DNA from: Verrucomicrobiota bacterium
Lineage (GTDB): Bacteria; Verrucomicrobiota; Lentisphaeria; JABSQK01; JAJFLO01
Length of the DNA: 64,000 bases
Reading direction: 5' to 3'
Assembly: GCA_021772635.1 (NCBI GenBank)
Contig: JAJFLP010000113.1
Span: 813-64,812 of the forward strand
Below the pieces are notes generated by a model, which saw nothing but the letters and a program-made list of their open reading frames with translations, was not told the origin of the DNA and ran no database searches. The first letter of the stretch is position 1. Every line of letters begins with the position of its first letter. This document shows positions 10,409-20,081 of this stretch, piece after piece. The position numbers were made by a program, and so were the translations under genes.

Positions 10409-10671
10409 ATGTGGAGGCGCTGTCGTCAGTGGCGATCTCTTTCTGTCGAATTTGTTCCGAAATATAGACAATCGCGGCTGGGACAGCGCCTCCCACATTC
10501 AGAAACATATCGCCTGATTGAATTCGGCAACAATCTGCATAAGTGGACTTTATTGGCAAATCAGTTCATCAAAGGACAAGCGAAATCGGTAATAATTCTC
10601 GAGAACGCCTGGTCGATGCCAAAAGCCTTTGATCATGGAATACACACATAAAACCGGAAAAATAACTGATT

Positions 10672-10866
10672 TATACCGGACGTCTTTACCCAGCAAGCGG
10701 GACGAAAAATCGTTCGGAGTCTCTTTCGCAGTCATTTAAAAGTCGTCTCTCCGTATTCTCGGAGTCCGCTCGGGCAGACCGCATAAGCGTTCCGCACAGA
10801 CGGGATCCTCGCTGATGCGGGACGAGTAATCCAGACCGAAAATTATACCGCTTGCGGTATACTAAC
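10672..10866. repeat. Modular intergenic repeat (composite; ends in tataccgcttgcggtata)
   Basis: Contains the ggagtctctt..., ccgtattctcggagtccgct... and tcctcgctgatgcgggacgag modules. The palindrome ends 7 nt before the serB ATG. Confidence 0.8.
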
Positions 10867-10869
10867 TGA

Positions 10870-12099
10870 ATGGGAATACGAATACCCATGAGAGAACCTC
10901 TTCTGATAAAAGTATCCGGGGAAGATAAGCCCGGTGTGACCACCGCTATTACGGCTATATTGGCACGATATAAAATCAATATTCTCGATATAGGCCAGTC
11001 GGTCATTCACCGGCATCTTTCACTCGGTATTCTGACCGATATGCCGCAATCTGCTGAATCTTCGCCGGTGTTGAAGGATCTTCTTTTCCAAATTCACAAA
11101 CTCAAACTTCAGGTAAGTTTTGAGCCGGTAGATGAAGATAGCTACGGACAATGGGTGGATCAACAGGGGAAAGGTCGCTATATCGTTTCGCTGCTAACCC
11201 GCAAGGTCACAGCGGATCAGCTATCCCAGGTCACGGCAGTGGCAACTAAGCATGGTCTGAATATTGACCAGATTAGCCGGTTATCGGGCCGCGTCCATTT
11301 GGACACCGTACACAATCAAGCAAAGGCGTGTGTCGAGTTCTCGGCACGCGGGAATCCGAAAGACCTGGCAGAATTGCGAAACGAATTTTTGGAGCTATCG
11401 CAATCGCTCGATATGGATATCGCATTCCAAACGGATAATATGTTCAGACGCAATCGGCGCTTGGTATGTTTCGATATGGACTCAACATTGATCGAGACAG
11501 AGGTCATCAATGAGCTCGCCAAGAGAGCCGGGGTCGGGGAACAAGTGGCGGCCGTCACTGAAGCTGCGATGGAAGGAAAGATGGATTTCGTCGAAAGCTT
11601 TAAACAGCGCGTCGCCTTATTGAAGGGGCTGGACGAGAAAGTGTTGAAGGAGGTCGCCGAGAGTCTTCCGCTGACAGAGGGTGCCGAAAACCTGGTTAGC
11701 AATTTGAAAAGAGCCGGATACAAGACGGCAATCCTATCGGGAGGATTCACCTATTTCGGAGAGTTTCTGAAGCGAAAATTAGGCATTGATTATGTATTCG
11801 CCAACGTTTTGGACATCGACAATGGCAAAGTAACCGGAAAAGTGGTTGAACCGGTAGTAGATGGCGACCGCAAAGCTGATTTGCTTCGGCTCCTGGCACA
11901 ACAGGAGAGTATTTCACTCGAACAAGTTATAGCCGTAGGCGATGGTGCGAATGATCTACCGATGCTTAGCGCTGCCGGCTTAGGCATCGCGTTTAAGGCT
12001 AAACCGCTGGTTAAAGCATCTGCTAAACAATCCATTTCAACCCTGGGCCTGGATGGAATATTATATCTCCTGGGTTTTAGAGACAGAGATATCGGCTAG
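10870..12099 (+). CDS. serB: Phosphoserine phosphatase SerB with N-terminal ACT-like regulatory domains
   Basis: HAD motifs FDMDSTL and GDGANDLPM with strong overall SerB similarity. Start could instead be the ATG at 10888. Confidence 0.85.
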   Translation: MGIRIPMREPLLIKVSGEDKPGVTTAITAILARYKINILDIGQSVIHRHLSLGILTDMPQSAESSPVLKDLLFQIHKLKLQVSFEPVDEDSYGQWVDQQGKGRYIVSLLTRKVTADQLSQVTAVATKHGLNIDQISRLSGRVHLDTVHNQAKACVEFSARGNPKDLAELRNEFLELSQSLDMDIAFQTDNMFRRNRRLVCFDMDSTLIETEVINELAKRAGVGEQVAAVTEAAMEGKMDFVESFKQRVALLKGLDEKVLKEVAESLPLTEGAENLVSNLKRAGYKTAILSGGFTYFGEFLKRKLGIDYVFANVLDIDNGKVTGKVVEPVVDGDRKADLLRLLAQQESISLEQVIAVGDGANDLPMLSAAGLGIAFKAKPLVKASAKQSISTLGLDGILYLLGFRDRDIG

Positions 12100-12544
12100 C
12101 CTGATCTAGTGAACCCCGTGTACGCACTGAACGTCAAAGTGAATCCCACGGGTTTATCCCGTGGATTGTTCAGTTACTCCTTTCTACGAAGCAGAGAGGA
12201 GCAGCAAGAAAAATATGCCTGCGACTACGACCCTTGCCTTTGCAATTTTCTGTTTCCTGGCGTAGATTAAGGCAACGTTGTTGCGGTGGCAACGAAACGT
12301 TAACTAGTCCTGTCCTGAAATAGCCGATTCGTGTTGATCGGGCGAGTCAAAAGTAGCTCGGCCCCCGCGGTCGCGGGGCCAGGCCTCGCTACGGCGCAGG
12401 CCGGCAGCTGAGTAAAAAACACCCACGCAGTCAGGAGCCGAGCCCCGCAGGCGGGGCGAGACGGGCTGTCCGCGGGACAGAATGAACGCTGTGAATGACA
12501 ATGACCGCGTTACTTTTCTATTTCAGCACAGAAACTAACCAGAC

Positions 12545-12680
12545 CCTGTTCGGAGTCTCTTACCCAATCATTTTGAAGTCGCCTACGCGTAAGCGTCCCG
12601 TACAGACGGGATCCTCGCTCATGCGGGAAGAGTCTCGGATAATCCGGATCGAAAATTATACCGCTTGCGGTATACACTAG
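12545..12680. repeat. Modular intergenic repeat (ends in tataccgcttgcggtata at 12657-12674)
   Basis: Same modules as 10672-10866. The palindrome lies 23 nt upstream of the REC gene ATG. Confidence 0.8.
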
Positions 12681-12697
12681 ACAAGGGGGCACGGACC

Positions 12698-13126
12698 ATG
12701 CGAATTCTAATTGTCGATGATGACGTCCACAATCGCAATCTCTTAGCAGCGGTGTTGAACGATTTTGGCGACTGTATGTTTGCGAGTGATGGCGCGGAGG
12801 CGATTGCTGCTTATCAGCAAGCAATTTCGGAGGGAGTTCCGTATAATCTGATTACGCTCGATATTGAAATGCCGAATATGGATGGTCACGAGGCCTTAGC
12901 CGCCATCAGAAAGCATGAAAAAGACCGGAATATTGCGAGCGAGGATGGTATTGTCGTTATAATGATTTCGGCGTGTGATGATGACGAAAATCTTGAGAAA
13001 TCTTTCAAAGAGGCATGTACGGCATATATCCTCAAGCCAGTTGACCCGGAAAGTTTGATCTCGACGATGAAAAGAATGGGAATCCTCGCCAGCGACAAGG
13101 GGCAATTCGATCCAGGATTCATATAG
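12698..13126 (+). CDS. Stand-alone response regulator receiver (CheY-like)
   Basis: MRILIVDDD...LDIEMPNMDG...YILKPVD receiver-domain motifs with no output domain. Confidence 0.8.
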   Translation: MRILIVDDDVHNRNLLAAVLNDFGDCMFASDGAEAIAAYQQAISEGVPYNLITLDIEMPNMDGHEALAAIRKHEKDRNIASEDGIVVIMISACDDDENLEKSFKEACTAYILKPVDPESLISTMKRMGILASDKGQFDPGFI

Positions 13127-13140
13127 TCTGAAAGTTTCCC

Positions 13141-13290
13141 CGCCTCCGGCGGTCCGTATGGACGGATTCTTCCGATATCAGCGTGAATCCGGTCAATACG
13201 GGACACTTACGCGGTACGCACGAGCGGACTCCGAGGATGCGGAGAGCGCCAAGGGCGACCAATTTTCGGTCCGGATTCCCGCGCAACCTT
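13141..13290. repeat. Modular repeat fragment (gtccgtatggacgg, acgagcggactccgag modules)
   Basis: Shares the modules found at 18060-18085 and 34741-34770. Confidence 0.6.
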
Positions 13291-14498
13291 CAATTCGGCG
13301 GACCTTTCGGCAGCGATACGGTAACGGTCGTCCCCTTGCCGGCTTCGCTTCGAATCGATATTTCTCCACCGACTGGTTTCAGTAATTCGCGGCATGTATA
13401 AAGTCCTAAACCGGTTCCAACGGGCTCGTCTCCGTTGTTAGCCTCGCCTCTCGCCGGTTTAGAGGTATAAAAAGGGTCGAAAATCTTCTTAATGTCGTCT
13501 GGGGGGATACCACAGCCGGTATCAGTCACTTCCATGAAGACAACGGATTCATCCTGATAGGTGCGTATTTTTAATCGCTTTTTGTAGTCGTCGACCTTCC
13601 ACATGGCATCCAGTGCATTGTTCACGAGGTTATGTAATATTTGCGATAGTATCGATGCATCCACGAGTTGGCACTCGATAGCGTCATCAAGTTCGATTTC
13701 TTTTTTAACTTTATTCTTAAAATGAGAGTCAATATTCAGTAGATCCAATTCCTTCCGTATTACGTTATTAATATTCGTGATTCGGGAAATCGGCTTTTGC
13801 CCCTCGCGATTGACTACCAGGAGATCGTCTGTTAGCTGGTTTATTCGACCAGTTACTTCGTTAATAACTTCACAGTGACCTTTAATCACATTATCGTCGT
13901 TTTCTGTAGATAGATCCAGAATCAATTTGTTGTAGCCGCTAATGATCCCAAGCGGATTTTTCAGATTATGAACAACCCCTTGTATCATTCGACCGATAAT
14001 CGCGGATTTTTCCTGCTCCACCAGTTTTTGGGATTTCTGTTCAACAAGATTTTCTAAATTTTCGTTGAGTTCGGCTAATTCGCGATTCTTTTCTTCCAGG
14101 CTCTTTGTGAGCGTGGCAATCGTCAGATGAGTTCGGATACGTGTTAAAATTTCCTCGTTCTGAAAAGGTTTCGTGACATAGTCGACAGCACCGGATTTGA
14201 GACCTTTAACAACATTTGATGTCTCGCTTAGAGCTGTCATAAAAATGATTGGAATGCTCGCCGTGCATTTGCTTTTTTTCAATAATTCGCAGGTTTCGAA
14301 CCCATTTAATCCGGGCATCATAATATCCAATAAAATCAAATCCGGATCCGTTTCCGTCGCGCGATCGATTGCTGTTTGTCCGTCGCGCGCAAATAATGTT
14401 TCAAACCCCGCTTGTTCCAGGATATCAAAAAGCACATTCAAGTTCGTCGGATTATCGTCGACGATTAGGATGGTGGAAGATAGGAGTGGTTTAACCAT
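13290..14498 (-). CDS. Hybrid response regulator-histidine kinase (REC + HisKA-like + HATPase_c)
   Basis: N-terminal REC (ILIVDDNPTNL...LLDIMMPGLNG). C-terminal kinase motifs HNLVNNALDAM and GTGLGLYTCRELL. ATG lies 2 nt after the upstream Amt-HK stop. Confidence 0.8.
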   Translation of the reverse strand: MVKPLLSSTILIVDDNPTNLNVLFDILEQAGFETLFARDGQTAIDRATETDPDLILLDIMMPGLNGFETCELLKKSKCTASIPIIFMTALSETSNVVKGLKSGAVDYVTKPFQNEEILTRIRTHLTIATLTKSLEEKNRELAELNENLENLVEQKSQKLVEQEKSAIIGRMIQGVVHNLKNPLGIISGYNKLILDLSTENDDNVIKGHCEVINEVTGRINQLTDDLLVVNREGQKPISRITNINNVIRKELDLLNIDSHFKNKVKKEIELDDAIECQLVDASILSQILHNLVNNALDAMWKVDDYKKRLKIRTYQDESVVFMEVTDTGCGIPPDDIKKIFDPFYTSKPARGEANNGDEPVGTGLGLYTCRELLKPVGGEISIRSEAGKGTTVTVSLPKGPPN

Positions 14499-17400
14499 TG
14501 TTTCGCAACTTGTTTATGATTGATAAGATCTGCGCATCGTCGAACTGCTCTGCTAATTCCCGTAACTTTATTACAAGAGCGTTATATTTGCTATCCAATC
14601 GGTCGATATCATCTAAAGTCTTCAAAAGTCCTTTGATGTCGCCCCTCTGGGAATAACGAATTATCGCATCGGTATTTTCCTGCGGTGGTAGAACCCAGGC
14701 GAACGAATCGGTTGAACCTGTCGAGTCGGAGGTCGGCGTTTCGCTAGTATTATTATCGAATATTACGTCCAAACCGAGTTCGTCACTCACGAGTTTCAGA
14801 AGTTGCCTGCGATCGACCGGATCGGACAGGAACCCCTGGCAACCCCCTTTCATCGACGTTCCTTGATATTCTTGGGCTACAGAGCCGGAAATAAGAATAA
14901 TTGGGACGCCGCTAAGAGTGGAAAATTTTCGTATTCTCTCAATATCCTGATATCCTCCGTCCGGATCCGGAGCGACAAGGTCGACAATCAGCAAATCCGG
15001 CTTGTTAGAAATCGATCCCTCAACGGCGTTGCTGTCAAGGGTGATTTCTTGAATCAAAAAACCGGATGGTTTTAGCATGTTGGTTAATAATATGCCGTTT
15101 TCTTTATTGTCAGCGGCAATCAGAATTCGGTGATTCTGACCGCAAATCTTCTTTATTTGGCGATTGTCGTTAATCTTCATGTCGCCCACGCCCGTAGCCG
15201 TTACAGCAATCATATCGATGTCGAACCAAAAGGTCGTACCCGATGGCGGTGTACTTTCTACTCTCAGATTTCCCCCCATTAATTCTACTAATTTCTTACT
15301 GATCGCCAGCCCCAGGCCTGTACCACTAATAGAATCGCGCAGATCTCCGACTCGCTGAAATTCCACAAAAATTCTTTCGAGATTGTCGGTGGCGATACCG
15401 ACGCCTGTGTCCGTGACGCTGAAGCGGAGACGGACATAATTTGATTGCCATTGATCCGAGGGTAATGAGAGGACTGTTTGCGTGTGGTCGGGAGGTATAT
15501 CTTTCAAGATTTCAACACAGAAGGTTATGCTCCCGTTATCAGTAAATTTGATCGCATTACCGATAAGATTCAGGAGAATCTGGCGCAACTTTTTCTCGTC
15601 TGCGTATAAATGCTTTGGCAACGCATCATCCGGTTGAAGGATAAAAGCGAGCCCTTTTTGTTCTGATCGAAGTTGGAACATTGCGCGAAATTCACCGAGG
15701 AACTCGGGCAGTTCGAAAACATTGAGGTCAAGATTAAATTCTCCAGCCTCAATTTTTGATAAGTCGAGGACTTCATTTATGAGATCAAGTAAGTGTCGCC
15801 CCGATGACTCGATAATCTTCGCGGCTTTCAGCTGGTCGCCAGTCAGCCTTTCGTCTGCGGTTAGAATTTGCGCATACCCCAGTATTCCATTTAGCGGCGT
15901 CCTATGTTCGTGACTCATATTTGCCAAAAATTCACTTTTCGCTAGTGACGCCGCATCTGCAGCTTTTTTGGCGTCCTTAAGCGATTCCAAATTCTGCTTG
16001 TGGTTGGTGATGTCGCGAAATGTTCCAGTATAGAATACATCATCATCGACAGTGGCTTCCGCGAATGAGGCTTCCATTGGAAATGAGCATCCATCAGCCT
16101 TCTTCCCAGCCAGTTCGCGACATAATTTCTCGGCAGCAGCGCGTTCAAGAATCGTTTTGATCTCTCCTGTCGACGCGTCGCGCGACGACTCAAAATCAAA
16201 ACATACCAGTTCGGTTATCGGTTTCCCTTTGACATCGGCGAGTTGACATCCGAATGCAGCCTCGGCGCATGGATTAAGGGTGGAAATAAGCAGATCATTT
16301 TTCGAAAACGTAACGATCCCATCCATCGCGGACTGCACGATCGCCTCTGTTTTGGCCACGGCGTGTTCCAATGCCCCCATGACCTGGTTGTATAATGATC
16401 CAATTTGACCGACCTCGGTAAATGGCTCAACCGGTACTCTTAGAGATAGATTTCCCGTTTTTTCCTGTTCCTTCATTACTGTGAACAATTCAATTAACTC
16501 CGAACGCTCACCGTGCTCCGTGATATTTAGGCCAGTTGCCTCATCTTTGAGACTGACGCGTATTGGATAAATCTTATTAAGAGTTTTCAGGAAAATGAAG
16601 GCGATGGAGAATGACCAGACGAAACAAGCGCAAATTCCTGAGATTTGCGCGATTATCTGTTCCATCTGTCCGAGTCCGGTTCCAAGCAACTTCGGATCAC
16701 CAAATAATCCGACGGCAAGTGTCCCCCAAATCCCCGCCCCGAGATGTACCGGAATCGCCGACACAGCATCGTCGATTTTGAATCGCAATAGCAGGTTATG
16801 GACCCCGTACATTACGGCTGCGCCGACGGTTCCGATAATCAGGGCTTCTACTGTACTGACAGCGTTGCATGCCGCTGTTATAGCGACGAGTCCCGCCAAC
16901 GCCCCGTTCATGATCAGGATAATATCGAAGTGTTTCTTTAAAATCAGATGGAGAATGATCGTCATCGTAAGACCTGCAGCGCCGCCGATAAGCGTATTGA
17001 ACAGGATTTTCGGGATATACTCATTTACCGTGAGCGTGCTCCCTCCCGTGAACCCGAACCAGCCGAACCACAAGAGCATAACACCGAGGACAGCGGATGG
17101 TATATTGGCAGCGGGGATCTTATTAACAGTACCGTCGCTTGAAAACCTGCCGGCACGCGGCCCGATCACAAGAAGAGCCGCGAGCCCCACCCAACCGCCG
17201 AGGCTATGAATAACGGTAGACCCGGCAAAATCTACGAACCCCCGCTCTGCCAGCCAGCCACCTAAGATTTCCCCGTCGATCCCATTCCAGACCCAATGAC
17301 CGAAAATCGGGTATATGACAACCGAAACAATTATCGTTATACCTATATAGCTCGTAAAACGGATTCGCTCAGCGACCGCGCCGGATAAAATCGTAACCGC

Positions 17401-17706
17401 CGCACCGCAGTACATGAACTGAAATAATAAAAAAGCGGAGAACCAGGAATCTCGTTCATCGACATTGGGTAGAAAATGTGTCGAACCGATCAGGCCGAAC
17501 TTTGATGCCCCGAACATGAGACCGTAGCCGATCATCCAGTAAGCGATTGCCGATATACCAAGGTCAGTGATGTTCTTGGAGGCGACGTTGATATTGTTCT
17601 TACTGCGCGTCAGTCCGGTTTCGAGACACAGAAAGCCTGCCTGCATTAGAAATACCATGCCGGAGCACGAAACTAACCATAAGATGTCAACCGACGATTT
17701 TTCCAA
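14491..17706 (-). CDS. Ammonium transporter (Amt) domain fused to PAS, histidine kinase and receiver domains
   Basis: N-terminal approx. 400 aa are Amt-like (DILWLVSCSGMVFLMQAGFLCLETG). They are followed by a HisKA H-box ANMSHEHRTPLNG, HATPase GTGLGLAISKKLVELMGG, and a REC domain HRILIAADNKENG...LLIVDLVAPDPDGG. Apparent TTG start with GGAG SD. Confidence 0.85.
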   Translation of the reverse strand: MEKSSVDILWLVSCSGMVFLMQAGFLCLETGLTRSKNNINVASKNITDLGISAIAYWMIGYGLMFGASKFGLIGSTHFLPNVDERDSWFSAFLLFQFMYCGAAVTILSGAVAERIRFTSYIGITIIVSVVIYPIFGHWVWNGIDGEILGGWLAERGFVDFAGSTVIHSLGGWVGLAALLVIGPRAGRFSSDGTVNKIPAANIPSAVLGVMLLWFGWFGFTGGSTLTVNEYIPKILFNTLIGGAAGLTMTIILHLILKKHFDIILIMNGALAGLVAITAACNAVSTVEALIIGTVGAAVMYGVHNLLLRFKIDDAVSAIPVHLGAGIWGTLAVGLFGDPKLLGTGLGQMEQIIAQISGICACFVWSFSIAFIFLKTLNKIYPIRVSLKDEATGLNITEHGERSELIELFTVMKEQEKTGNLSLRVPVEPFTEVGQIGSLYNQVMGALEHAVAKTEAIVQSAMDGIVTFSKNDLLISTLNPCAEAAFGCQLADVKGKPITELVCFDFESSRDASTGEIKTILERAAAEKLCRELAGKKADGCSFPMEASFAEATVDDDVFYTGTFRDITNHKQNLESLKDAKKAADAASLAKSEFLANMSHEHRTPLNGILGYAQILTADERLTGDQLKAAKIIESSGRHLLDLINEVLDLSKIEAGEFNLDLNVFELPEFLGEFRAMFQLRSEQKGLAFILQPDDALPKHLYADEKKLRQILLNLIGNAIKFTDNGSITFCVEILKDIPPDHTQTVLSLPSDQWQSNYVRLRFSVTDTGVGIATDNLERIFVEFQRVGDLRDSISGTGLGLAISKKLVELMGGNLRVESTPPSGTTFWFDIDMIAVTATGVGDMKINDNRQIKKICGQNHRILIAADNKENGILLTNMLKPSGFLIQEITLDSNAVEGSISNKPDLLIVDLVAPDPDGGYQDIERIRKFSTLSGVPIILISGSVAQEYQGTSMKGGCQGFLSDPVDRRQLLKLVSDELGLDVIFDNNTSETPTSDSTGSTDSFAWVLPPQENTDAIIRYSQRGDIKGLLKTLDDIDRLDSKYNALVIKLRELAEQFDDAQILSIINKLRNNG

Positions 17707-17773
17707 AACATTCTCCGATTACAGCTTTCAAGTTTATTGCTGTTAAATTAACTATACTGAAATAAGCGAACAT

Positions 17774-17893
17774 TCCGATTCGTAATCTTGCTCTTACTCT
17801 TACTCGTAATCATAATCTTTCTCGTTTTTCGAGGTGATGAAATTTGGAAAGAGATTACGATTATGATTACGAGGACGATTACGAATAAAATCC
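17774..17893. promoter_or_regulatory. Inverted array of cgtaatc heptamers (3 per arm) upstream of the Amt-kinase gene
   Basis: attcgtaatc...ctcgtaatcataatc at 17774-17813 is mirrored by gattatgattacgag...gattacgaat at 17856-17893. Located 70-190 nt upstream of the 17706 start. Confidence 0.45.
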
Positions 17894-17943
17894 AACGAAA
17901 AGTTCGTGCATATACCCATCGTCATTAGGTTTTTCAACCGTCC

Positions 17944-18115
17944 ATAGTTCCTGCTGGCCAGCAGAACGACGGCTGTTCAATATATCGTTCGGAATCCCTT
18001 AGATGATTTAGGTTAAAAGTCTTCTCTCCGTATTCTCGGAGTCCGCTTGTGCGGACCGCACGAGCGGAGTCCGTCCATACGGACCAAATATTATACTGCT
18101 TGCAGTATAGATCGA
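17944..18115. repeat. Modular intergenic repeat (ctgctggccagcag, ccgtattctcggagtccgcttgtgcggaccgcacgagcgg, tatactgcttgcagtata)
   Basis: Perfect 18-bp palindrome at 18092-18109, 23 nt upstream of the DUF899 gene ATG. Confidence 0.8.
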
Positions 18116-18132
18116 ACCAGAAGGAACGTACC

Positions 18133-18741
18133 ATGAAAAATAGCGCGATCGTTGAACTCGAACAGGAAATTCACGAAAAAATTAAGAAACTCAATGAGCT
18201 ACGCAGCGCTCATCGAGGGGAGAAGGTTCGCAACTACGAATTTACGACACTGGACGGAAGCGCAACGCTCTCGGATTTCTTTGGTGATCGGAGCAAGCTC
18301 CTGGTGATCCACAATATGGGCCAGGGTTGTCGCTACTGTACGCTATGGGCCGATGGTTTCAACGGGTTCCTCGGACATCTCGAATCCGTGCTTTCAGTTG
18401 TTCTGGTATCGAAGGATTCCCCGATAGCGCAGCGGCGATTCGCGAATTCAAGAGGCTGGAGATTCCGGCTGGCCTCTCATGAGGGCGGTGATTACATTCG
18501 CGAGCAGACAGTCGTCAGTGGTTGTGGCTGTGATAATATGCCGGGTGCTGTCGTTTATGAGCGAGATGGCGATGACATTTACCAGAAGAACACCTGCGTA
18601 TTCGGCCCGGGCGATATTTATTGTCCAATGTGGAGCTTACTGGGGCTCGCCGGCCTCGGCGAAGCCGACTGGACACCGCAATTCAACTACTGGCGTCGCC
18701 CGGAAGCACTTGACGATGGCGGAGCGAATCTGCTGGAATGA
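18133..18741 (+). CDS. DUF899 thioredoxin-like family protein
   Basis: Length and motifs (FGDRSKLLVIHNM, CRYC, WRFRLASHEGGDY) match the DUF899 architecture. SD aaggaac before the ATG at 18133. Confidence 0.65.
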   Translation: MKNSAIVELEQEIHEKIKKLNELRSAHRGEKVRNYEFTTLDGSATLSDFFGDRSKLLVIHNMGQGCRYCTLWADGFNGFLGHLESVLSVVLVSKDSPIAQRRFANSRGWRFRLASHEGGDYIREQTVVSGCGCDNMPGAVVYERDGDDIYQKNTCVFGPGDIYCPMWSLLGLAGLGEADWTPQFNYWRRPEALDDGGANLLE

Positions 18742-19297
18742 TGCTAAGGCGTGATACGTGTTTATTCATTAACTATTAACGGAGTCAACGACTTCCAGAA
18801 CAGCCAGAGGCTTAAAAGATGTGAAACGCTCGAAGCCGATCGTTTTCTGCCGCCACCAGGGCGGCTTCCGTCAATTTCGCTTTGTTCAGAAAAATTAGCG
18901 TACGACTAACTAGACCCTGTTCGAAAAGGTCTAGCGAGCCGCGTTGGGTGCGCATGAAGGACAGGTTTTGATGATTGCCGCTCACGTTAATACCTTGTAG
19001 GTATTGACTTAGCGATAATCATCAAAAGATGCCTTCATCCGCCCCAACCCTGTGGGCGCGAGTCTCTTTCGGCGAATATTGGACATCTTCAACGAAATGT
19101 CGGGAGAAAATGAGATAATTTGGCATTTTCGCAGTCGATTCGGCTAAAGCCCGACAGGCTCCTAGGCTGATAAGTAGAATTGCATTCCACGCGGCCTAAT
19201 CTATCGTAGTATAAAATCCAACAAATTTTTCGATTTTGATTTCTCTATCTGGATGTGACCTTTGAGTGCTATCAGAAAAATTAGATTCCAGCGACGA

Positions 19298-19687
19298 ATG
19301 TCTTGGCTTCTTTGCACGCTTTTCGTGTGGGCCTATGGGTTCCACGAAGCGGAGCATATCGCCGGCACCGACGCGGGACATGCAGAAGTCGCGGCGGCGC
19401 ATCTGGACGTGGCTGGGATTTCCTCAGCGTGTGGTGGTGCCTGCGATCGTTCCGATCATCATCATGATTCATCGCCCTCCGATCATGCCGACAACTGCCT
19501 CATTTGTCACGGAAGCGGGATCGCCTTTCATAAGCTTGCAGACTCCTTCGTTCTAATTGTCTCCGGCGAACACGAGATTATCGTGCCGGTCGAACACGGT
19601 CATGGCTCTGCGACCATCCTCTCCGCCGTTTCCCCACGCGGCCCTCCCGAAACCAGGTTTAACCACACTCAATCTGCTTCCTCCTGA
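19298..19687 (+). CDS. Hypothetical His/Cys-rich small protein (possible metal-binding)
   Basis: Contains HHHDSSPSDHADNCLICHGSG and EHGHGS. Overlaps alternative-frame ORFs in a GC-rich region, so the call is weak. Confidence 0.3.
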   Translation: MSWLLCTLFVWAYGFHEAEHIAGTDAGHAEVAAAHLDVAGISSACGGACDRSDHHHDSSPSDHADNCLICHGSGIAFHKLADSFVLIVSGEHEIIVPVEHGHGSATILSAVSPRGPPETRFNHTQSASS

Positions 19688-19795
19688 TTTTAGACTGTAA
19701 GCAGTCGAATTTTTGGGACGACTTTGAATTTGTCAGCTATAAGATTCCGGTATGAAATTCATCCCGTATGCGAGACAAAGGTGCTCAGTATACGG
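19688..19795. repeat. Inverted copy of repeat 2337-2432
   Basis: The reverse complement matches the tatactgagca...ccggaatcttatagctga.aaattcaaagt...caaaaattcgactgctt.cagtcta modules. Confidence 0.8.
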
Positions 19796-20081
19796 CAACT
19801 TGACGACACACAAAGTCCCCTTGGATTGCCCCGAATTCGTTTCTTCCCTCAGTCTGATCAATTAGGCGTTCTTGAACTGTTTCGAAGCAGATTTAATACA
19901 CGCGGATACCGAATCACGAGTCCGCGCAATTTCCTAATCCGAAGAACGAATTTCAAGACTCCCTAAGGTGCGACACAACGGGTCTCGCTCAGAACGGTTT
20001 CCGAAGTGTAAATTTTGATTCTTAATCACCACCTCAGATTTGTCAATTGCGTTCGACTGACTCGCCGATTCTACTCGATGT

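Noticed and set aside
12094-12103. Recurring ggctagcctga motif (also at 24680, 24979 and 42605) as a specific regulatory site
   Set aside because: Only four occurrences and the contexts differ (after a stop codon, and inside paralogous elements). It is an 8-bp palindrome that could arise within repeat families, so there is not enough evidence for a function.
17760-17900. Small ORF or IS fragment in the heptamer inverted array
   Set aside because: No ORF of meaningful length and no TIR or transposase similarity. The symmetric heptamer organisation fits a regulatory site better.
18742-19260. 520-bp ORF-free stretch downstream of the DUF899 gene as a possible deleted gene or ncRNA
   Set aside because: It contains only one modest hairpin (tagaccctgttcgaaaaggtctag) and no recognisable RNA family features or gene remnant. 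Without expression data nothing specific can be supported.
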